From the NCBI RefSeq assembly GCF_000150275.1, contig NW_002060955.1, forward strand, positions 1,098,287 through 1,162,286: a DNA stretch of 64,000 nucleotides, given 5' to 3'. This document shows positions 41,987-54,600 of this stretch, piece after piece. The number at the start of each line of letters is the position of its first letter. Position 1 is the first letter of the stretch. The position numbers and the translations under genes are program-made. The notes beneath the pieces were generated by a model. The model saw only the letters and a program-made list of their open reading frames with translations. It was not told the DNA's origin and made no database searches. Origin of the DNA: Trichoplax adhaerens. Lineage: Eukaryota > Animalia > Placozoa.

Positions 41987-42348
41987 TGTTACAACTTCCA
42001 AATTTTGTAACAAGTACTAGATCTGCACTCAGCAAGGAGACCCAGTAATTAAGTTGAAGAACTAATTTTATTGTTAAAACGAAGAGTTTATATACTTTCT
42101 TAATTGTGACCTTTGATCTACTGACGTAGATCACAAGATCATCACCAACAGAAAGGTTTCCCTAGTTTAGTCATTACAAATAGGATATCATACCGAGTAT
42201 GGCAACATGAGAATACATATATAGATAAGCTTAATATAGTACCATAACTACATCTATATACGCATGACGTGATAATAACATCGTGATGTTTAACCATATA
42301 TAGAAAGAAGGTAACATACTAATTATGTAACTATTACAGAACGTGACA
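41987..42348 (-). mobile_element. Solo LTR (362 bp), TSD TCAAC, antisense and ~170 bp downstream of the paralogue 1 stop
   Basis: TGTTAC...GTGACA; TCAAC at 41982-41986 and 42349-42353; minus-strand TATATAAA (42094-42087) then AATAAA (42072-42067); terminal hairpin 41987-42012. Confidence 0.85.
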
Positions 42349-42836
42349 TCAACTATTTGTAAAAATATTAATGGCCGTATAATAGCTAAAGTAGAGCTAA
42401 GAAGATTTTAAAATTTGGTGCTTGCAAGTCATTTTTACTAGCGGATTCACTGGTATCAACTTTAGAGTAAAGTAACTTATTTTAAATTTTTGGTCCACAA
42501 TTATTTTCATTTTTGATGTCAACTCCATTATTTATTTACATTCTTCACTTGTTAAGTATTTCATTTTGAATAAATTCAATCAAATAACACTGTATTCCAG
42601 TCATAGCTTGATTTTTTTCTTTTCTTTTTCTCATTTCGATCTGTTTGAATCCTTATAACATATTTGTTAGACTTTACTGCTAGAAATAAACTATTTGAAT
42701 AATTACGTATTAGTATCGTTCATTGTTATGACTGAAATAATTATGATTCAATAAAAACATGTTGAAAATGATTAGTCTAAATTATAATTTAAGTAAAATA
42801 CTAAATGCCACACTTCAAGGCTTCTAACTAATATGT

Positions 42837-42886
42837 NNNNNNNNNNNNNNNNNNNNNNNNNNNNNNNNNNNNNNNNNNNNNNNNNN
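42837..42886. other. Assembly gap (50 N)
   Basis: Run of N. Confidence 1.
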
Positions 42887-43161
42887 TCTACCGACTAATG
42901 TTACCTGATAGGACTGCACTATGTCCACTCATAGAGTCTTTTCAATACACCTGCAATCTATCAATAGTCAAAATTTCAATTACGAGAACTTGTACTGTAT
43001 AAATATTGCATTACGGTACAAAATATAATTTACTGTAATACTGTATATCGTGACTTCAGTGATTCCTACTGTAAGCAACTAATTGTAATCACCGTATGTA
43101 TAACATATATAATTCACTAAATTTAGTCATTTAATTCTTCACTGTCGTTCGTACCGTGACA
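42887..43161 (-). mobile_element. 5' part of an LTR truncated by the assembly gap
   Basis: Minus strand begins TGTCACGGTACGAAC, identical to the first 15 nt of the 8077 element; the other end (expected next to GCTTG) was not found before the gap. Confidence 0.65.
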
Positions 43162-45506
43162 GCTTGTAAATTAATTTTACCAAAGATTTTGACACTTATA
43201 AGCACTACAATGGCATCTTTTATAATTTTTATGATCCAGAGTAATAGCCTAATATCATATTGCTCCCTTTAAATTTGAGATAGATCCAGGTATTGCTTCT
43301 CAGAAAAGTTTTAATTTATAGAACTATTACAAAGTTTAGGTTAGCCAACTAAATTTCACTTTCTTCTAAGTATAAGCTGATTAATTTTATCTTAGGGTAA
43401 GTGCCGGATGGAATATACACAATCCTTAGTTTTTTACAATTAAAATGTTTAATAAATGCAGATCTTGCAGAAACGTAGCTTTGTTCGGTGACTGAAGTTC
43501 GAAAATAGTATGGATATTAATATCTTAGTTATTTTGATGTCTGTAACAAATTGGCTAACGAAATTTATGAAGAATCAGATATGGTCAAGCTTATGAATTA
43601 TGCATAAAATCGTTATCAGTAAAATTATTTAATTTATCGATAATTTAAATGGTTCTCGAAAAATAATTCATAATAATAATATGTTGCAAATTAGTTCATA
43701 ATTGCTGTTAATTTACTTGATACTGAAACGCTTTGTACGCTATATAAATAATTGAGAATAGAACAGCATATTGATTTCGCGTAATATAGACAATTATGAG
43801 AATTGTTATAATTAACTGGTCAAGCTAAGACAAAGATACTGTAGCTCGTTGATATTAATACTTTTTCGCAAAATCAAAGCACATAGAGATTCCTATAAAG
43901 CATATTATCGTAATATTTACAGGAACAAATATTACTAGAAAGGTAGTGCTTACAAGGAAGACAGTATAGTAGAAAGACTAAATTAATATCAATGGCCAAA
44001 ACAATTTTCAGTTGCTCTTTTCAGTTTTCATTTTAGCGCTACTTCATTTACAATTCACTTGTCTCGTGTCATTGCATCTATTCGTAACAAAAATACATAA
44101 TTTATAATTATTTGTCATATATCTATAAAATTGATCAATTTCACAGTCGTAATCGTGATAAATATGTTGACAAAGAATGTAGGTAGTAGTATTTAATTGG
44201 CGATATTGATTTACGTTTATAATAATGGTAACGCTAACAGATTTAGAAATATTTATAGTACTGATTTATGCTCTGGAATTTTTATCAGCTTAAATATTAA
44301 TATCTTCTTCTGCTTTCAACATTAATAAATCATTTAATAATTGCTGACGTAACAGATAATCTTATAAAAAGAAGAAAAATGCATATGTATCGAATTTTTT
44401 CATAATCAAAAAACAAAAAATCGATTACTCATTTACTTGCCTTGCAAAATGGACTAAATTAATCTTACAACTACCGATATCTATGAACATTTATCAATTT
44501 GATTGTAATTAAAGAACTAACTTAAGAAAAATTTTCTGGATAGATTGATAAATTCACTGCTTCATTTTGCAGATAAATCAAAATATTCCGAAATCTATAT
44601 TTATGGCGTGATTGGTTAAAAATATCAAATTTTATGATAATACTCGTAAAGAGAAATATAAAATGTCAACAGAAATTACTATCATACTTGGGCAGGCTTA
44701 TGTCGCAAAATTTACGGAAGTTAGATTAAGATATCGATCCTTTTCTAATAAAGAATTCCTTTCGGACATTTTGCTTATGCTTGAACCACAATGTCTTTCA
44801 GAAATATATCTGGTGTTTATACATGAATAGTTATTATGCTCATCTACTGTATAAGGTAATGCGTATGGATAGATTAGTAAGCCGAAAGTGAATAAATGGA
44901 ATTTTATATGTAATAGGTTGGGTGACTAAACATTGCAGCTTTGCATTTTCCTAAGTAAAAACTAAAACATTGCACGAATTCTCATCATCTAGTTTTATCT
45001 AAGACTATTTCCATCCTTTAAAATTTTCTGAAATTGAATCTATCACAGTACCTCAGAAAACTGAATCCTTTAGGCCATAGAATTGATCTTTGCTGTATCT
45101 ACAAATTGATGCTATTGTCAAGTAATATCGATATTAAATTTATGGCTTTAAGCGAATACTCGTATTCATAGTAGATATAATTTTTATAATGGTAATGATT
45201 AAAAATGAAATATTTCGAGGCAAATAGGAATTAAGATTGTAATTGAAATTTTCTTTACAAATATAGGAGAAATGCTTAACTATTTAATCAAAATATAAGT
45301 CTTCGATCGCCCAGGGGTGGAAATCGAATCTTTCTGCCTGTAATGTTTATTCATGGTCGCAAAAATCATATCTAGCAATGCATATATACCGATATTGGCC
45401 AGTCCATTACCGGTAATTTATCAGGAAATGTAAGTAATACCGGTAATAGCCTGGCATTAAACGCCTTTAACGGTAACGCTGGCATTACCGAAGTTGGAAT
45501 TAGCAC

Positions 45507-46136
45507 TGTGACAGTGTTATATACTGTATTAGAGTAGAAATATCTATTTTAGGATAATTCTGTTAACCTATCCTTATTTAGTTAACTTCTAATTTGGATA
45601 TACTGTGTTTTAATATAGTACTGACTTTTTATGACAGTGACACTTATACGCATACTCAAATTAATAGTTATAATAGGGAATGCAAATCATCTACTTACAG
45701 TTCGAATCATATGATTGTAACTTACTTATGGTAGATTGTAAATTGTTGTGGAAATGTTCCGTGATAAGACATATCGTAATTTGACTATTCTGTATTAGTC
45801 ATCAGATGTCTGTGTTCGTAAATACTGTTATCTGCATTAAGGGAGCAGTAGCTATAAATTAATATCTAATTCAGTAAATGATTTCAAAGTTAATTGTACT
45901 AACTATGACTCATGAACTATTGAGGAATAGTATATAAATGCAGTACATCATGCAATAAAGTGGATTCTCCAACTTAGTGTTTAACGTAAAATACGAGGCG
46001 TCTAAGGCTTTGTGTAGTCTGCTAGTAGAGCAAAAGTGTTTGTGATAGCGCAGATATCGTTCCTTGATACGTGGTTCAAGGAATTGACTTATTGATCGTA
46101 CATTACGTTATCTTGTTGCAAAGCTGTTTTGTGACA
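45507..46136 (+). mobile_element. Solo LTR (630 bp), left member of an inverted pair
   Basis: TGTGAC...GTGACA; reverse complement of 46221-46850 and 32362-32991; TATATAAA at 45931, AATAAA at 45954; flanks AGCAC / GTAAT. Confidence 0.92.
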
Positions 46137-46220
46137 GTAATGCATTAACAATTATTTATAGATAATATGAATTTATCGAGACAGCTTCTGTTGTACCACC
46201 GGCATATTCGTATATGTGTT

Positions 46221-46850
46221 TGTTATAAAACAGCTTTGCAACAAGATAACGTAATGTACGATCAATAAGTCAATTCCTTGAACCACGTATCAAGGAACGA
46301 TATCCGCGCTATCACAAACGCTTTTGCTCTACTAGCAGACTACCCAAAGCCTTAGACACCTCGTATTTTACGTTAAACACTAAGTTTGAGAATCCACTTT
46401 ATTACATGATGTACTGCATTTATATACTATTCCTCAATAGTTCATGAGTCATAGTTAGTACAATTAACTTTGGAATCATTTACTGAATTAGATATTAATT
46501 ATAGCTACTGCTCCCTTAATGCAGACAACAGTATTTACGAACACAGACATCTGATGACTAATACAGAATAGTCAGATTACGATCTGTCTTATCACGGAAC
46601 ATTTCCACGATGATTTACGATCTACCATAAGTAAATTACAATCACAATGATTCGAATTGTAAGTAGATGATTTGCATTCCCTATTATAACTATTAATTTC
46701 AGGATGTGTATAAGTGTCACTGTCATAAAAAGTCAGTACTACATTAAAAAACAGTATATCCAAATTAGAAATTAACTAAATAAGGACAGGCTAACAGAAT
46801 TATCCTAACATTGATATTTCTACTCTAGTACAGTATATGACACTGTCACA
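46221..46850 (-). mobile_element. Solo LTR (630 bp), right member of an inverted pair
   Basis: TGT...GTCACA; same family as 32362 and 45507 copies; flanks GTGTT / ATTAC. Confidence 0.92.
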
Positions 46851-49243
46851 ATTACCTAGTTATTAAGAAATTCTATCTGGAAATGATAATTTGATAGAAC
46901 TTGGCTTGCTTGATTCATTTCATGAACCGCAGTCTTATCTGCGGTAAGTAGAAAATTATTCGCCGGATTGGAAATGAATGGAATCATGGATATTACAGTT
47001 AGATTTTTCTTACATACGCATTACTTTACTGAATTAAGGAGAAAAAAATACCGATATAGCTAATCCATTTCATTAGTGTACCAGTGATTATCGTCAAGTA
47101 GATTATTTAAAAATATAATTTGCCATAGTTTTATATATCCATGGGTGAAGAAATTAAACTCGTGAAACAAATTAACAATCTGTCACCTTTCTAACACCTG
47201 CATTTGACGCTATTGATTTTAGCTAACTGATATCATTGCCTCATTGTAACAAGGAACAAAGAAATTACCAATTGAACTGATGATTCAATGTTAAAATTTT
47301 ATTTGTTATTAAATCTAATTTTGATTTCTCATTGTCAAATAAATACCGGTTATTAATTTTACAGCTATTATCTTATTTTTTATCTACATTTGTAAATATC
47401 CAATTCAAGTGCCTTTTGTAGGCTTTTACATTCTTTATTGATTTCGTTATTCTAATATGAAGGTATAGTAATTAATTAAATAAATCTGCTTCCCGTTAAT
47501 GCTATAATATCACAAGTCGTTTGCAAGACCATACATAGTTAGGTATTTTTAACAAAGAAATCTTTTTATCCAAGTACAATCCAACTTATATATTACCTGC
47601 CAATTATTTTCCCCTCCAAAATATGAAACTTCTTAAAATACTTGAATATTACCTAGCAAGATTTGATTAAATTTTACTAATTTAATAAACAGAGGATTGC
47701 ATATCAAGATTTGTAGCTTACTTTTGTTTAAGTTTAGGTTCAGAAGGTCATGATATTTAGGCTAGATTGAATGATCGTTTTCAAATTCTAATCCGATTCT
47801 CTGATCGCTATGGATAGAGCACGGCCTCAACAAAGCTTGACGGTTTATGTTACAAGTTAGCTTTGTGAGAATTTTAAGTAAAGTTCTACAAATGATCCAC
47901 TTAATTAAATGTTTTTCTTCTAAAGGTAAAATAAAAATACAAAAAATTACCATAAAGACCGAACTTTTGTTAGTAAACATTTTTAACTTATTATTTATGC
48001 ATAATCTTAATCTAAGCATAATTGCTGTTTAGTACAACAATCATGGACTAGAATTTAAATAATCTTACTGATACCTATAAACAATAACTTTCAATCGAAT
48101 ACAGTATATAAAGGCTTACCATTAATAAAACTCGCATTAAGACATTATTTATAGCACTTAGTACGACAACTATGGATTTTTCCAGGTTATCTACTACTGC
48201 CATATTAAGCAACTATAACGGTAAAGTAACTCCGTAACAGCATAGCTATTTGATCTCTTTTGGAGCAGAATTATGAAAACTCTTGCAATCGTATAATTTA
48301 ATGTACAGCAATGGAATAAAAATAACAAATAAATAAATTTGATCAAATTAGCTTAACTTTATATAACTAGCAAGAGCAAATACTTTTAATTAAAATAGCT
48401 CATTGAAATAATTTACTTATGGCATTTTCAGAGTATAGAATACTTTACTGCCCATATCTGTTCCATCCGGAATTATATATTTTCAACTAAATTCTATCTT
48501 TATATATTTTAAAGTTTAACTAATTTATAACAATAATCTGGATGCGATGCACATATTGCGGTGAACAAAAAACAAATATTAGATGGAATATGCTTACATG
48601 CTCTCTTTGCCTAACAAATTACTAGTATAAAATTCAGTCAAGTGCTTCAAATAGGACATCGTAGAGTAGATTTTAAATTATACAAATCGTTCATCTGATA
48701 AAATGCATAAATTCAATTTTAATCATTTACGATAGTTTCCTTTTCGATGTTTGCTTAAAATTAGCCAGTGTTGTAGCACAATTTAAAAAATTCTCTCAAC
48801 TACATAAATTGCAATGAGTCATCAAGAAATTGCATTTCCTGATCTGATATTTAAATAAATATTTTAGCATGAAGTAAGGCCTTGACAGCTATTATTTATT
48901 ACAGTCTACATATAGTAAATGCGGTGAAGAATGATAGATACAGTCGCAATGACGTCTCACTAACAGAAGTATAGCAATTATTGAATAACATTCGCTATAT
49001 CTAAGGTAATCTTTATTCAGGTTTTTACTTTTTAAAATTTCATTTTTATTATGCGAGAAGGGGCTTCGAAAATAAAACCGTAAGTCATCATATACAATTC
49101 TTCCACTAATTTATTAAAAATCAAATTCGAAAATATGAAAACTTACACTTACTTAATCAATTTGAAATTTTATTTTTTTGCGAATTAATGATGCAACGAT
49201 ATGTTATTCCGAAATATGTAAATTTAATGATGATGTTAGGCTT

Positions 49244-49273
49244 TAACCGGCCATTATACATAATGGCCGGTTA
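49244..49273. repeat. Perfect inverted repeat, 14-bp arms with 2-nt spacer
   Basis: TAACCGGCCATTAT-AC-ATAATGGCCGGTTA. Confidence 0.9.
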
Positions 49274-51274
49274 TGAGAACTGACCATAATCTAAACAAGT
49301 ATAACATAATTATGTAATTTATTAAACTTTTCACGGACATATAATTTTATTATTATCAGGTTAATGTTCATTAATCCGGGAGATGTGTATCTAAATCGAT
49401 TTTTGTTTTTCAGAAGTCTATTTATTTTCAATTAAAATGAATTAACATATTGCATCATGAGAGTATAGTGATAGAGAGATTCATGGGAAAGCATGAATAC
49501 AGTCTTAATACGTAAATAGGGTCTTTTAACAATGATGGGCAATCGATATTGTCTTCTAAGGAATTTGCTATTATAATGATTCGCTTATCAGGGAACAGTT
49601 GGGAAATAAAAATCATTTTATCCGCTTGCGATATCTTTTTATTTCTTGGTCAACAAAAAAAATTTTAATTTTATAGCTAAGTTAAGAATCTTGTATTTAA
49701 TTCAATTAGCAGTATATGAGATGCAGTAATTTATGTGTACAATAAGCTCTCTGAGTGGAGTTTAACTGTCGTCTAGATGAAATACCTGTTTCTCGATATT
49801 GAACGCTAATTTTATAATCTAGCTTTGTACTTTCATGGGTTTCATTACAGATGTTATTGAAGAATTTCGATACGATATCATCAAAATATTCATGTAAATT
49901 TGACAACACAAAGCAGAAATTGCCATTGAAATAGTTTGCATGATTTTTCAAGTTCAACCTTTTTATTATTTTACATAATTTTAATTGTTTACGCGCATTT
50001 ACTTATCCTACTATTTTTCCATGATAACGTTCAGAAAAGTACTATTGTTAAGTTTCTGTATTGCTTCTAATTCCATGAAGCAATTTGCTACGAAATAAGA
50101 TGTAAGAAGCATGATAATAGATTTTGATTGTGCTTGCTACCGTTTGATTGAGGCTCTTTTAAAACATGCTTTCTTGATTAAAGTAGTTTGCTCGATTATA
50201 TCAACTTGAAGTACACGGTACTAAAATCAAAGCAATCTATAGAAAATTAATCTACGTAGTATAGAAATAAAAGCATTCTCTAGACATTTATTTTTAATAG
50301 TAGTTGCATAATTTTTCTATTATTAAGACCTTTTTTAAGTATAGAGAGATAACTTAATATAATGAATGTTTATATGGCCAATCAAACCACAATAATAGTA
50401 TAATATTACACATATATATGTACTTTATGTACATAACATCAACTGTCGGCTTCTTAGAATAGACTTATCCATAAAGCACTGTTATTATTTTCTTTGTATC
50501 TTCTAGATTTAATTATTCTGGGCATTGAATGCTGTATTTCCTACATCAGAGATGTCGAAATTAAGATTGCACATGCTATAAAGACTATCAAAAATTCATA
50601 AACACGAAATTGGTAAAAAATATCCTGTTCTTAAGAAATACAGAAGTTTCCGCTTCCTTGATAGCTCTTACTAGCACTCTTTGTTTCTTTCTAAGACACA
50701 GTAAATTACTTTAAATCTTTCTTGCTGGAAGTAGATCATAATTGAACGATGCTATTTTACTATAGTATGCTGGGATTGAATATTGTAACTTAGTTATTCT
50801 ACGAATTAAAAGTGATTTACAATTATTCAAACTAAATTTACGGTAAAACATCTTCCTTAACACTTTTGATCCAATTTTTATTCTAAATACAGTAGCATGA
50901 AGCCGGTACAAAAGTTTAAGAAAGGGTGTAGCTAAAATTAGAAAGTAGACAGTGACCTGAATAGTCTTCCGTTTCTACAATAAATAGAAACAAAATCAAA
51001 AATATTATTTTGTTGATCAATAATTCACTTTCTATCAGGTAAAGTAATGATGTGCTTTTGGCATCAGCCGAGAAATAATCGGATCTCAAATAATTAAGCT
51101 GTCATAGTTTTCTTCGCAAATGCCCAAAATTTAAAGATTAACTAAGGCCTTATGACATTTTACTAACAAATAAATGCCTTAGTAATAATTAACAATAATA
51201 ATGATTTAACTGATAAACTAATTATGGGAAGGTTCCAATTTGAATAAATTTAGCAAAATATGACTAAAAGAGGA

Positions 51275-51572
51275 TTTTTTATAATAAATTTACAAATTAC
51301 TTTACAAAATGTCTAGAAATAGATTTATTGGACAAATTGATGCTACTTCTGTGATTAGTTAAATATTTACAAAGCTTGACTATATTGGATAAAAAGGTTT
51401 TAAAACTAAGAAATGGAATTAAATGTCGGTATGGAATCAGAATTGAACTGAAATACAATGGAATCTACTAACGTAAATTGTGACCTTCGACAAATAATTC
51501 TATATCTTTGTTGTAATAAGCTTATAATATTGCATCCAATTGTCAATAATGTCTTGCCCAGGTGTTCGAAAT
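51275..51572 (+). promoter_or_regulatory. Upstream non-coding block conserved with the paralogue (30715-31010)
   Basis: Same ordered motifs as 30715-31010, including CAGGTGTTCGAAAT at 51559. Confidence 0.65.
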
Positions 51573-51678
51573 ATAGAGATGACTAAACAGTTTGCGCGAA
51601 TTATAGTCGTTATGGTAGGATCTATAAAGCTATTAAGGGTTAAATCAAGAATTAGTTTATCATCATACTGATGTAACG

Positions 51679-54600
51679 ATGAGATTGATTGGTTGGTTTT
51701 GTGCTTTCCTTCTCCTTTCTTGGATTCCAGAATATCTCTGTCGAAATAATCTCACTGTAGTATGTTTAATACCTCACATAAGCTCGCTTTCGGTCGGCAA
51801 ATTTTTGGTTACCTCTGTAAAGGCCGCAGGTCATGACATTAATCAAGCAAACAATATTTTATCAAACTACAGCCTACAGATGGAATTTTACGATAGCAAG
51901 GTGCGTGTTGTACGTATAGCTAATCGCAGATAGTCTACCAGTTTAGTAGATATAAAAGATGTCTCTACTTATATTGAATGTAAGATTGATAATTGAAAAA
52001 CGTTTTATAGTATTTAGAATTGTCTGCCATAAATTAAACTTAACTATTTATCAACTTGAATAAACCTACCTTTCGACATAACCGCACAGAAGTTGACGCC
52101 TTATGTGATTAAATTATACTATAGCAAATTATAGCTTTAATTTATCAATGATTGAGTATCACATAGCTTACAGTACTAGTTTAAATGGTACATTATAAAT
52201 CACATACTGTATGCACATTATGAATTGTCCTAAGTTATCGTCTCAGATAGATTTTATACTTCCTCATCTTTAAGTATTATCGCATTTATAACATTTTAAA
52301 TTTGCAATACTCGTGTATTATAGTTCATAAAATACTATGGTCAAGGGCTGTTTGTAAGTACTCTTACATGCGCTCACATAGCAATATGTTATAAAGAATT
52401 TAACTTTTGAAACACGAACTTTACAAAAGTCATCATTTAAAACTAGGAGTGTTTAAGTAAGGGAATAAATTCTTATAGGGCGAATACACGTAACTTACTA
52501 GCTCACAACACAAACCGCTTCTTTACTGCCGGAAGCTGCATTCTAATGAAATAACTTAACTTGAAAGTTATTTTTTGGTTGCACTTATAAATTATATCCT
52601 AATTTATAGTGAAAGGCTCGCAATCAGCAGAAGTATTATAGCTATTAAAATGTATTCTTTTCCTATTCGAACTCACTATGGTATGATTTTACTCAATATA
52701 TCTTATCTTATTTAGTCTAAACTGACCTAGTCTATACTCAAAAATACGCGTTTTACGAACAGATTCAATTACAAAAATCTCGCAGGCAATCGCAAATTAG
52801 ATCATAATTATCAATAGCATCCATACGAGTACGCTAATTAAAACAGAATGGTTATTGATGAATAGGTCAGTATTTAATAAAGACTGCTGTAGAGTTTAAG
52901 GATTAATCGATCTAAGCAATTTCTCTGGCTAAACATATTAACTATGGTATCAGTGGAAAAAGATTTAAGGTACTAGTTCACTTTAATTGATAGATAATAC
53001 CATTCTGTTCTAAAGACAGTCTCATCGTAGGAACCAAACCAATTGCAGTGTATTAATTACGATGCCACTTGATAATATCTGAGGTTTTTCTCCATCGATG
53101 ATTAGGCCCTTGTCACGGTAGTGAATCTGCCGTGATGAATGATAACTTACTTAATTTAGACATGTATATGTATCACGTTAAGATAGTTATTAATTTAGAT
53201 ATGTGTATGAATTATTTGATGACTTAATATAGCCGATACAAACCTGTTCCTAATACAGGTTAAATTATACTTAATATGGTATATGAGCTGTCAATAGTAA
53301 ATTCAATATAAATCCTGTTAATTATAAGCTAGGGCAAACATAAAGCTAATCTATAGCAATATTACAAATCCATTGGATTAGACAAGGAATAATTTAATGT
53401 ATTCACGAAGTCTTATTGGTCGAAATATATCACACATCGTAAACCGGTTTTATGGCTAGAAAAGCTATTTAAATGATTGATTTTGAATATTAAATTAGAC
53501 TTGCATTTTCTAGAATAAAGATATAGTTAGAAGATTCTGAAAGGCATTTCTCAGTTATTGTACTTAGCTAGGGTAATCTAGTTAGTTTAGATTAGGCAAG
53601 TTTAGTTAAGTAACAGCCCTACTAGAATTAGTGCCTGTTACGGAGCCATGCTCCGAAATATTAATTGCTAAGTTAATTAAAATATCTCATTTAAATTATT
53701 GTTTGCTCCAGTAGCTTATTAGATATTAATGTCTATTCATAAGTACATGTTCAATATTGTTGACATCTCGGAGCTAACACGCTTAGTCTGTAAACGTTAA
53801 TTAATAACGCCTTAAGTGTAAGATCAATTACTTTGCAGAGCCTTGAGGCTCTAGTTGCTATACTAGGATATCTATACTGTACAGTGTAAGCCGCTATTTC
53901 AAGAATATTCACAAGTGTACCATCGGCGAGACTATTAAAAGCGGAGCACTAGCTTAGCTTCTCAGTTCCAGTTAGTCATTGCAGGATCTTGTGACTATTA
54001 TTGCTAAGAATATTCTTACGTTTTTCTTTAGTACATTTTACGACTAAGGTTAACGAAAATAAAGTAAAGTATTTAAACCTGTTACTCAATAGTAGTTTTT
54101 TTGTGTAGCTGAGAGTTAGTTCAACTACGATAGGTCCCTAAGTTAGTTGGGAACACAAGTACTAGTGAAGATAGTGTTTAAGACCCGGTTTCTTGTTACA
54201 AAGAAGAAGATTTGTAACAGTGCCCAATAACATTATCACGTAGGTCATCAACCCCAATTATCAGAATTGTTGGCATCAATGCTATCTAGATTTACTAGTG
54301 ATAAAGAATTGTTGCTTACGTTGCCAATTTCGGTCAAGAACAGAAATCGCCCAGATTTTTAATAATAGCAGAAGCGAAACTAATTAATCTATTTATTTAA
54401 TTTCCCATTGAATATATTAAAATGGCAACTGCAAAATGCACTATAGTAACTCAATAATATTAAAAAAAATATTTTATATCCTACCAGCTATAGAAATCAA
54501 TTAATCCTAGTATTTCAGCAATAGCTCGCATATATTACACAATATCAGAAGAAAATTAGATATTAATTTACATTGAAGCTGAATATGCTTCGCTACTGTT

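Noticed and set aside
45313-45495. CAGGGGTGGAAAT hAT-like end and TACCGGTA palindromes
   Set aside because: No matching opposite terminal repeat or TSD found.
32713-46763. Near-identical 63-aa ORFs at 32713-32904 and 46572-46763
   Set aside because: Both lie within copies of the same solo LTR, and the third copy has a frameshifting indel in this stretch; similarity reflects the repeat.
45507-46850. One foldback DNA transposon with 630-bp TIRs
   Set aside because: Outer flanks differ (AGCAC vs ATTAC), a lone copy with its own TSD exists at 32362, and swapped TSDs explain the structure.
53111-54219. Single element with two LTRs (TRIM-like)
   Set aside because: The halves are not similar and each has its own distinct TSD, so they are two independent insertions.
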